A stretch of 64,000 nucleotides of DNA from contig CAVUDL010000003.1 of NCBI GenBank assembly GCA_963740175.1, forward strand, positions 74,150 to 138,149. The letters are read 5' to 3'. The DNA comes from an uncultured Gemmatimonadales bacterium. Lineage in GTDB: Bacteria; Gemmatimonadota; Gemmatimonadetes; Gemmatimonadales; GWC2-71-9. Each line of letters starts with the position of its first letter. The stretch's first letter is position 1. Shown here piece by piece: positions 9,612 through 17,633 of this stretch. A program made the translations under genes and the position numbers. The notes below the pieces were generated by a model, which worked only from the letters and a program-made list of their open reading frames with translations, did not search any database and was not told where the DNA came from.

Positions 9612-10070
9612 TGCGCACCGTCGATCGGCTGCACATCCGCGCTCCGGTCGACCGTGTGTTTCGGGCCGCGGTAGACGTCGAACAGCTGGCCGGCGCTGTT
9701 GAGCCACTACCGCTGGGTGCGGATGCTCGACCGGGGAGACCAGCTCGACCTGGTGGAAATGGCAGCGTGGCGACCGTTCGGGGTCTTTAGGTATCCGACC
9801 TGGTGGGTGTCGGAGATGCGGGTAGATCGCCGTTCTTCCGCCGTGCATTACCGCCACGTGCGGGGCATCACCACGGGTATGGACGTGGTGTGGCAGTTAC
9901 AACCGGCTGAATCCGGAACCGTCGTCACCATCGTACACGAGTGGCCCGGTCCCCGTTGGCCATTGATCGGAGCCGCAGCAGCCAGCTGGGTTATCGGACC
10001 GGTCTTCGTGCATGGGATCGCGTCGCGGACCTTGGCGGGGCTGGCGCGTCATCTGGAGCACGGCGGATAG
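9611..10070 (+). pseudogene. SRPBCC (polyketide cyclase/START-like) protein with one +1 frame break near 9685
   Basis: MRTVDRLHIRAPVDRVFRAAVDVEQ continues in the next frame as WPALLSHYRWVRMLDRGD...VVTIVHEW. TGATG overlap with the methyltransferase stop. Confidence 0.7.
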
Positions 10071-10073
10071 CAA

Positions 10074-10115
10074 GCGGGGCAGCGGGGCAGCGGGGCAGCG
10101 GGGCAGCGGGGCAGC
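10074..10115 (+). repeat. Tandem octamer (GCGGGGCA)x5, a perfect G-quadruplex-type motif
   Basis: Read directly: gcggggcagcggggcagcggggcagcggggcagcggggcagc, between the SRPBCC stop and the KAS start. Confidence 0.95.
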
Positions 10116-10163
10116 AAACTAGGTTGTCATTCGAGAAGCGAAGAATCTCTCGGCTTGGGCTAC

Positions 10164-11408
10164 ATGGAACAGCGCAGAGTCGTCATAACTGGCATCGGCG
10201 CCGTAACCCCGATCGGCCTGGGGGTGGAAGGGCTGTGGCAGGGACTGCAGCGCCGGCAGTCGGCCGTGCGCTGCATTACCCGGTTCGACCCGTCGATGTT
10301 CAAATCCCGGATCGCCGGGCGAGGTGGATGACTTCAGGGCCGGGGACCATATGGAGGAGCGGAAAAGCCGTCGGCTGGACCGATTCTCCCAGTTCAGCGT
10401 CGCCGCCACTCGCATGGCACTGGAGGATGCCGGCCTGGACCCGGCCCGGGAAGATCCCGACCGCGTCGGCGCGATGATGGGAACCGCCCTCGGCGGCGTG
10501 GCGCATGGAGAAGGGCAGTACCGGAACTTCATGGAGTCAGGGCCCCGCGGAGTCGACCCGGCGCTCGCCCTGACCGTCTTCGCCGGTGCCGCCAGCTGCA
10601 ACATCGCCATCGAGTTCGGCTTTACCGGTCCCAACTCTACCAACGGCATGAGCTGCGCTTCCGGGGCTATCGCCATCGGAGAAGGATTTCGTGCGATCAT
10701 GCGGGGCGAGGCCGACGTCATGGTCGCGGGAGGAGCCGAGGCGCCGCTGGCCCCGCTGTGCTTCGGCGCTTTTGCCATTATCCGCGCCATGTCCACCCGA
10801 AATGAAGATCCGGCGCACGCCAGCCGCCCGTTCGATCAGGGGCGGGACGGCTTCGTCATGGCGGAGGGCGCGGCGGTGTTGGTGCTGGAGGAAAGAGGGC
10901 GGGCGCTCGCCCGCGGCGCGCCGGTGTATGCCGAGGTATGTGGCTTCGGGCTGACCAATGACGCCTACCACATGACGGCTCCCCGGCCCGACGGACGACA
11001 GGCCGCCCGTGCCATGCGAGAACGCGTTGACGGAGGCGCGGGTGTCGCCGCACGAGGTAGGCTACATCAACGCGCATGGCTCATCCACTCCACTCAACGA
11101 CTCGACCGAGACCGCGTCGGTGAAGCAGGTATTCGGCGACCACGCCTACCGTCTCGCCTTCAGCGGCACCAAGGGGTACTACGGCCATGCCCTCGGCGCG
11201 AGCGGCGCCATCGAGGCAGCCATCTGCGCCCTGGCCAGCCGCCGCGCCTGGCTGCCCCCCACCGTCAACCTGGACCTCCCCGATCCCGCCTGCGATCTGG
11301 ACCATGTAACCGGTGCCGGGCCGGAGTCTCAGTCCCGACTACCTCCTCAGCAACTCGTTCGGGTTCGGCGGGATCAACGCCGCCCTGCTCTTCCGCCGGT
11401 GCGAATAA
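10164..11408 (+). pseudogene. Beta-ketoacyl-ACP synthase II-like (FabF family), three +1 frame breaks (near 10318, 11022, 11325)
   Basis: MEQRRVVITGIGAVTPIGL..., active-site GMSCASGAIAIG, NDAYHMTAP, YINAHGSSTPLND, C-terminal LSNSFGFGGINAALLFRRCE. The pieces lie in three frames. Confidence 0.85.
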
Positions 11409-11446
11409 GCACCTAGATTCGCGGCGCCTCTCTCCAAGGATCTCGC

Positions 11447-12154
11447 ATGCCATCTCTGGGTCGCCGGTTGGTCGCCGAAGCACTCGGCACGTTCGCCCTG
11501 GTGTTCATCGGGGCCGCCGTCGTGGTCGTAAATGGAGGTTTTCCCACTTCCGGCATTGGCCTGCTGGGAATTGCGCTGGCGCACGCGGTCGTGTTGTCGG
11601 TGATGATCACTGCGACAATGACTATATCGGGAGGGCACCTGAACCCGGCCGTGACGATCGGGCTCCTGGCCACCCGGCGGATAGAACCGGTCCCGGCGGC
11701 GGCCTATATCGTGGTCCAGCTCGCGGCTGCGGCTGCGGGCGCCTTTCTGGTCAAGGCGCTTCTTCCGGCGGCGGCAGTCCGCTCCACGCTGCTCGGCGTT
11801 CCCGTCATTGCCAGCACGGTAACTCTCGGCCAGGCCATCGGCATCGAGGCCGTCCTGACCTTCTTCCTCATGTGTGGGGTGTTCGGCACAGCCGTCTCAC
11901 CGGACGCGCCGCGAGTTGGAGGATTCGGCATCGGGCTGGTGCTGCTGTTCGATATCCTGGTGGGTGGTCCTCTCACCGGGGCGGCCATGAATCCGGCGCG
12001 AGCGTTCGGACCGGCTCTAGTTGCAGGAGAATGGCTGGGACACGTGGTCTACTGGGTCGGACCGATCCTGGGCGCGCTCCTGGCGGCGCTGCTGTGGCAG
12101 TACGTCCTTTTGCCCAGGTCCGCGGTCACGGCGCGACGCAGACGGACGGATTGA
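11447..12154 (+). CDS. aqpZ: Aquaporin / MIP family channel
   Basis: Two NPA boxes (GGHLNPAVT, AAMNPARAFG) and six predicted TM segments. Confidence 0.9.
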   Translation: MPSLGRRLVAEALGTFALVFIGAAVVVVNGGFPTSGIGLLGIALAHAVVLSVMITATMTISGGHLNPAVTIGLLATRRIEPVPAAAYIVVQLAAAAAGAFLVKALLPAAAVRSTLLGVPVIASTVTLGQAIGIEAVLTFFLMCGVFGTAVSPDAPRVGGFGIGLVLLFDILVGGPLTGAAMNPARAFGPALVAGEWLGHVVYWVGPILGALLAALLWQYVLLPRSAVTARRRRTD

Positions 12155-12160
12155 CACCGG

Positions 12161-12268
12161 GAAAAACAGCGTGAGCGGGGGAGAAACAGCGTAAGCGGGT
12201 GCGTCTGCCTCCCCGCTCACGTTTCTCTTTCCCGTTCACGTTTTCCTTTCCCGCTCACGCTTTGTCTT
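12161..12268. repeat. Composite inverted tandem repeat: 2 copies of (gaaacagcgtRagcggg), a loop, then 3 inverted about-19-nt copies (cccgYtcacgYtttctYtt). Bidirectional hairpin between aqpZ and ccmD
   Basis: Read directly. The right arm also encodes the Lys/Arg/Glu tail of ccmD. Confidence 0.8.
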
Positions 12269-12372
12269 GCCTTCCTCCATAGCATCGCCCAGTAACCGAT
12301 CAGTATCGTGGCGGCGATCACGTACGCTGCTACCAGATATTGGCCATTCTGGGGCGGCTCAACCAGCATCAT
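12217..12372 (-). CDS. ccmD: Heme exporter protein D (CcmD), 51 aa, absent from the ORF track
   Basis: Own translation: MMLVEPPQNGQYLVAAYVIAATILIGYWAMLWRKARQSVSGKGKREREREET. Single TM followed by a basic tail. The ATG overlaps the ccmC stop and the position directly after ccmC is as expected. Confidence 0.65.
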   Translation of the reverse strand: MMLVEPPQNGQYLVAAYVIAATILIGYWAMLWRKARQSVSGKGKRERERET

Positions 12373-13061
12373 CCGCGTCCTCCCTTGCTTCTTCGGCCAA
12401 CGACAGACCGTATCGCGCGGTTACAAAGCCGACGTAGAGCACGGTAAAGACCAGCGTCGACAGCAGGAGAGTGGTGAGCATCTCGCCCGGGAGCGACGGC
12501 GCACTGGGTTTGAGGACGATGGGCTGGGGATGCAGCGTACGAAACAGATAGACGCTGAGATGGACGAAGGGCACCAGCAGCATGCCGAGGATACCCACCA
12601 CGGCACTGAACCGGGCTCGCTCCGCCGGGTCAGCCACCGCGGCGCGGAGTGCCAGATACCCAATAAAAAGGAAGAACACGAACAGGGTGAGCGTCAGCCG
12701 GGCGTCCCAGGTCCACCAGGTCCCCCAGATCGGCTTGGCCCAGATGGGACCGGTCGTCAGCATGACCGCGCTGAACACTACGCCGACTTCCGCCGATGCA
12801 GCGGCGAAGCGGTCGAGGCGGGGATCCTTGAGCCAGAGATAGGAAGCGCTGGCGATTCCCACCAGCGTGAAGGCCAGCAGCGCGGCCCAGGCCGCCGGAA
12901 CGTGAACGTAGAAGATCTTCTGCGCCAGACCCTGGCGGGCCTCGACCGGGGTGAATCCCAGAGCAAGAACGAAGACGCCCGCCAGGCCGACCAGCGCAAT
13001 TCCGCTGAGCAGGACCCCTCGCCGCGTGGTGCGGGAGGCGACGGCGGCGTCGAGCCCTCAC
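12359..13061 (-). CDS. ccmC: Heme exporter protein C (CcmC)
   Basis: WGTWWTWDARLT tryptophan-rich WWD motif and QKIFYVHVPAAW. The 5' end is ambiguous. The frame is open back to the ccmB stop without ATG/GTG/TTG, and GTG 13061 would need one more +1 break near 13020. Confidence 0.8.
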
Positions 13062-13739
13062 TCGTCCACTACGGCGTTGAAGATCATCGTGCAAAGCGTA
13101 ACGAATACAATGTCATAGAGGGCGAGTAACCTAAGCCAGCCCCACATCTCGCTCAATGGACGGTCTGCCAGCAACCGGGAGGTCACCTGGACTGCCGCGA
13201 TCAGGGGCGGCACCATGAACGGCAGCAGGAGGACCGGGAGCATCAGCTCGGCGAACCGGGTTCGGACCGCCATGGCGCTGAAGATCGGTCCCGACCGCCA
13301 CAAAGCCCACCGTCGCCAGAGCGGTGACTCCCAGCAGGCCCGGGAGCGCGCGGCCGAGACTGACGTTGAAGAAGAGGACGAAGAGCGGCAGCGTCACCAG
13401 CTCCACCGTACCCACGAACGCAAGGTTGGCCAGCAGCTTCCCCAGGAAGAGTGCCTCCCGCGGCACCGGGGCCAGGAGTAGCCCGTCGATTGCGCCGTTT
13501 TCCCGCTCAACCGTGAAGGCCCGGTTCAGCGTCACCATGGCCGCCAGCGCGAAGGTCACCCACAGCACGCTGGGAGCCAGATCCGTCGCGGTCAGGATCG
13601 TCGGGTCCCGTGAAAAGTTGAAGACCACCAGCACCAGCGCCGCAAAAACCAGAGCCGACTGAAGCGCTGTCCGGCTGCGCAGCTCGGCCCGGATGTCCTT
13701 GGCGGCGATCGCAAGGGCCAGCGGAAGCGAATCAAACAC
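13058..13739 (-). pseudogene. ccmB: Heme exporter protein B (CcmB), one +1 frame break near 13288
   Basis: ORF 13131..13739 (to ...LATVGFVAVGT) continues in ORF 13058..13303 (IFSAMAVRTRFAELMLPVLLLPF...). Confidence 0.8.
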
Positions 13740-14453
13740 CGATCACCCTCTGGTAGCGGGCCAGGAAACCCTCCAGTGAGCCGGTTCTGCGGCTCCGATA
13801 TCGCCCAGACTCCTCCAGCCAGCACCGCAACATGGGAGGCGAGCTGCCAGACTTCTTCCAGGTGATGGGTCACGACGACCAGGCCGAGTCCGCCGCTGAC
13901 TCTCTGCTGGAGATCGGCGCGAAGCCGTTCGGCACGCGCCGGCGTCCAAGCCAGTAAAGGGTTCATCCAGAAGCAGCAGCTTCGGCTGGTGGAGCAGCGC
14001 CCGGGCGATCGCGGCCCGCTGTAGCAGTCCGCGGCTCAATCGACGCGGCAGATCGGAGGCCCGCTCGGCGAGCCCTGCCGCCTCGAGCGCTGCGCGAGCT
14101 GCGGCGGCGGGATGGTTCAGCCGGTAGAGCCGGGCCACGAAGACGAGGTTTTCGAACAGCGTGAGGTCGTCGTAGAGCAGCGACTGGTGGGACAACAGCC
14201 CGATGGCGCGGCGCCCTGCGGCTCCGCTCTGGGTAAGGGGTTCCCCCAGCACCCGGATCTCGCCGGCACTGGGGCGCATCAATCCCGCGAGCAGTCTGAG
14301 TAGTGTCGTCTTACCGGCCCCATTGGGACCGGCTATCGCGAGTGTCTGGCCGGCGCTGAGGGAGAGGTCTATTCCCCGGAGGATGCGGACTCGCCCGAAC
14401 GAGCGCTGGAGTCCTCGAGCTTCGAGCAGACGGGAGCCGTCATGAGACGGCAT
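13732..14453 (-). pseudogene. ccmA: Heme ABC exporter ATP-binding protein (CcmA), one or two +1 frame breaks (near 13938 and possibly 13790)
   Basis: Walker A GPNGAGKTTLL, signature LSRGLLQR, Walker B LLLLDEP, then ...VVVTHHLEE in the next frame. The 3' end is inferred (SLEGFLARYQRVIGV, stop overlapping the ccmB GTG). Confidence 0.75.
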
Positions 14454-14808
14454 CGATCCGCGCGCCGAGCTCGTCGAGGCGGAAGGGTTTGACGATGTAA
14501 CCGGAGTGGGGGAGATCGAGGACCTTGAGCTGGGGCTCAATGCTCATGTACGCCGTGGTAATGATGACCGGGAGCTCGGGCTGGCTCAGCCGGATCCGTC
14601 GCAGGAGATCGACGCCATCGGTGTCCGGCAACCGCATGTCCAGAACGGCCACGTCAGGCTTATGCTTTTCGAGCTGCTCCAAAGCCTCGGCGCCAGTGGA
14701 GGCGAACACCAGATCGTATCGTGGGTTGAAGGCCCGCTCATAACTCAACCGAAGCGCAGGCTCGTCCTCGACGATCAGGACGCGCCGGCGGCGTTTTGTC
14801 TTGCTCAT
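14440..14808 (-). CDS. Single-domain response regulator (CheY-like receiver)
   Basis: RVLIVEDEP...DVAVLDMRLPDTDG...PVIITTAY...KPF. The stop overlaps the ccmA start by 14 nt. Confidence 0.85.
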   Translation of the reverse strand: MSKTKRRRRVLIVEDEPALRLSYERAFNPRYDLVFASTGAEALEQLEKHKPDVAVLDMRLPDTDGVDLLRRIRLSQPELPVIITTAYMSIEPQLKVLDLPHSGYIVKPFRLDELGARIDAVS

Positions 14809-14998
14809 TCGATATACCCCACAGGCCGGCGCCTGACGGCCCCGAGTCAGGAGGACTTAAGGTGGGGGTACTCTAACCAATTGGGGAGGAGTCGTCCATC
14901 CCGAAGAGGAGACCGTAGGTAGGGTAGGGACGGGAAGAGACGGTAGGAAGCGAGGCGAACGCAGCGAGAAGAGCTACCGCCGGCTCACTGATGCCGCC

Positions 14999-15313
14999 TC
15001 ACGCGTATGCCGGCTCGAGCTGAAAGAGGTCGTCCAGCTTGGTGAGCACGAGCAGGAACCTGATCTCGTCGCTCACGTTCCGCAGGGTCACGGTTTGCCG
15101 CCGCTCTGCCGCCCGGCGCTGAATCAGCATCAGCGCGCCGAGACCAGCGGAGTCCACGTGACGGGTGCGTGCGAGATCGATCACGAGGCGGCCCACGCCC
15201 TCCGGCATCTCCTCCAGCAGCTGGATCGCCGCTTTGCGGATCTCGACGCGGGTATCCAGACCGAGCGTCTCCGGCGCTGCCATGCCACGTTCTGCATCGT
15301 TAGCGGACCTCAT
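14999..15313 (-). CDS. STAS domain protein (anti-sigma factor antagonist-like)
   Basis: LVIDLARTRHVDSAGLGALMLIQRRAAERRQTVTLRNVSDEIRFLLVLTKL. Strong RBS AAGGAGGAGAG. Confidence 0.75.
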   Translation of the reverse strand: MRSANDAERGMAAPETLGLDTRVEIRKAAIQLLEEMPEGVGRLVIDLARTRHVDSAGLGALMLIQRRAAERRQTVTLRNVSDEIRFLLVLTKLDDLFQLEPAYA

Positions 15314-15613
15314 CTCTCCTCCTTCGGCACCGAGCTATCTCAAACCCGGTACAATCGACCAGGCGAGACCTCTAGTTTTGCGGCCCCGAATCACTCCGGG
15401 TGTGCTCTTATCGGGCGGATCGACGCTCGACCACAACGTCTTCGCAGCCTCGCCACGGGAAAAGGCGAGACTGGTGCCAACGACGACAAGCCAGTAATTC
15501 TCAACCTGTTGCACGGGTCCCTACGAACAATTGCAGCGCCCGGTTACGCCGCACTCCGCGGCAGACTACTGCAAAAGTAGCGGGTGCGCACTCACTCTAA
15601 ATGCCGGGATTTC

Positions 15614-17566
15614 ATGAACGAACAGATCGACACACTCCTCTCGGAGACGCGCCGATTTCCGCCCCCACCCGAATTCCGCGCCAAGGCGCAGGCGACCGAC
15701 GCGCTCTACGAGGCGGGGCGCGACTGGAAAGCCTTCTGGGAAGACCAGGCACGCGCACTCGATTGGGTCTCTCCCTGGAGCGCGATTCTCGACTGGCAGT
15801 CCGCCACACGCGCGCTGGTTTCTCGACGGAAAGCTCAACGCGTCGGCCAACTGCCTCGACCGGCACCTGATCGACCCCGGCGGAACAAGGCCGCCATCAT
15901 CTGGGAAGGGGAGCCGGGAGATCGCCGGGTGCTGACCTACTGGGATCTGGCCCGGGAAGTCGGACGTTGCGCCAACGCGCTGAAGTCGCTGGGCATCGCG
16001 CGGGGAGACCGGGTCGCTATCTACCTCCCGATGATACCCGAGGCGGTGGTCGCCATGCTGGCGTGCGCCCGCATCGGCGCGGTGCACTCGGTCGTCTTCG
16101 GCGGCTTCTCCGCGGAGTCGCTGCGAGACCGGATCAACGATGCCCAGGCCGTGGCCGCTCATTACGGCTGACGGCGGGTACCGTCGCGGCCAGGTGCTGC
16201 CGCTCAAGCGCTTCGCCGACGAAGCCATCGCGGAGACCCCCTCGATCCGGCACTGCATCGTGGTCCGTCGAGAGGGTGAGTCGAGGCGATCTCGCTTCAT
16301 GCGGAGGGCGGGACCACTGGTGGCACCGGCTGCTGGAGCGGCGCCTCGCCGGCATGTGAGCCCGAAGCGATGGATGCGGAAGACCTGCTCTTCATTCTCT
16401 ATACCTCCGGCACCACCGGGAAGCCCAAGGGCATCGTGCACACCACCGGCGGATACCTCACCCAGGTGGCGTCCACGACCCGGTATGTCTTCGATCTGCG
16501 CGAGGACGATGTCTTCTGGTGCACCGCGGATGTCGGATGGGTGACCGGCCATTCGTACGTCGTCTACGGTCCGCTCGCCAACGGCGCCACCGTGGTGATG
16601 TACGAGGGCGCGCCTGACTGGCCCGAGCGCGATCGGTTCTGGAGCATCATCGAGCGCTACGGCGTGACCATCCTGTATACGGCGCCGACCGCCATACGCG
16701 CCTTCATGAAGTGGGGCACCGAGCACCCGGCCCGGCACGATCTCTCCAGCCTCCGCCTCCTCGGCTCGGTGGGTGAGCCGATCAATCCCGAAGCGTGGAT
16801 CTGGTATCGGGACCACATCGGCGGCGGCCGCTGCCCCATTGTGGACACCTGGTGGCAGACCGAGACCGGCGGGATCATGATCACCCCGCTGCCCGGCGTG
16901 ACCACCACCAAGCCGGGGTCGGCCACCGTGCCGTTCCCGGGCATTTCGCGCTGAGCTGGTGGACAACTCCGGCAAGCCACTGGAGAAGGGAGGCGGGTTT
17001 CTCACGCTGACCCAGCCGTGGCCCGGCATGCTGCGCACCATTTACGGCGACGACGAGCGCTACCAGCAGACCTACTGGAGCCGGTTTCCCGGCCGGTATT
17101 TCGCCGGCGACGGAGCCAAGCTGGACGACGACGGCTACTGGTGGATTCTGGGCCGGGTGGACGACGTGCTGAACGTTGCCGGCCACCGGATCGGAACGAT
17201 GGAGGTGGAGAGCGCGCTGGTGGATCATCCTGCCGTGGCCGAAGCCGCCGTGGTGGGCCGGGCCCACGAGCTGAAGGGCCAGGCGCTGGCGGCGTTCGTC
17301 ACCCTGAAGGAGGGACAGCAGGCCAGTACCGCGCTGAAGGACGACCTCAAGGATCACGTGGCCAAGAAGATCGGGGCCATCGCCCGGCCGGACGATATCC
17401 TCTTCTCAGCCGACCTGCCCAAGACCCGGAGCGGGAAGATCATGCGCCGGCTGCTCAAGGACATCGCGGAGGGCCGCACCCTGGGGGACACGACCACGCT
17501 GGCGGACCCGGCGGTGGTGAACCGGCTGAAGGAGATGTATGAGGAGAAGGAGAGGCTAGGAGCTAG
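15614..17566 (+). pseudogene. acs: Acetyl-CoA synthetase, at least 7 frame breaks; 3' end uncertain
   Basis: [88 protein letters not shown], spread over three frames. The last frame has no stop until 17867, while TAG at 17557 and 17564 sit in the other two frames. Confidence 0.9.
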
Positions 17567-17625
17567 GGCAGCTGGGAGCTGGCGACTGGATCCGCAGTCG
17601 CCAGGCATCCCAAGCTCCCTAGCTC
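17560..17625. repeat. Long palindromic element between convergent acs and kup: perfect inner 10-bp hairpin CTGGCGACTG-gatccg-CAGTCGCCAG inside imperfect outer arms GAGCTAGGGCAGCTGGGAGC / GCATCCCAAGCTCCCTAGCTC
   Basis: Read directly. It shares the AGCTGGGAGCTAGG core with 3697-3727. Confidence 0.8.
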
Positions 17626-17633
17626 ACTACCGA

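Noticed and set aside
8123-9857. 385-aa and 359-aa minus-strand ORFs (8123..9280, 8778..9857)
   Set aside because: Antisense to the flavin reductase, methyltransferase and SRPBCC genes. Arg/Pro/Gly-rich with no motifs.
10074-10115. Possible CRISPR array (also considered for 12161-12268 and 26651-26817)
   Set aside because: The units are 7-19 nt with no unique spacers between them and no cas genes nearby. They are simple tandem or inverted repeats.
10324-12174. 616-aa plus-strand ORF
   Set aside because: Chimeric. Only its first about 230 residues are the middle of the KAS. After the frame break near 11022 it runs out of frame through the KAS 3' end and across aqpZ.
12308-13129. 273-aa plus-strand ORF
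   Set aside because: Antisense to ccmC and ccmD.
15566-17041. 491-aa minus-strand ORF
   Set aside because: Antisense shadow of acetyl-CoA synthetase. No recognisable motifs and Arg/Gly/Pro-rich.
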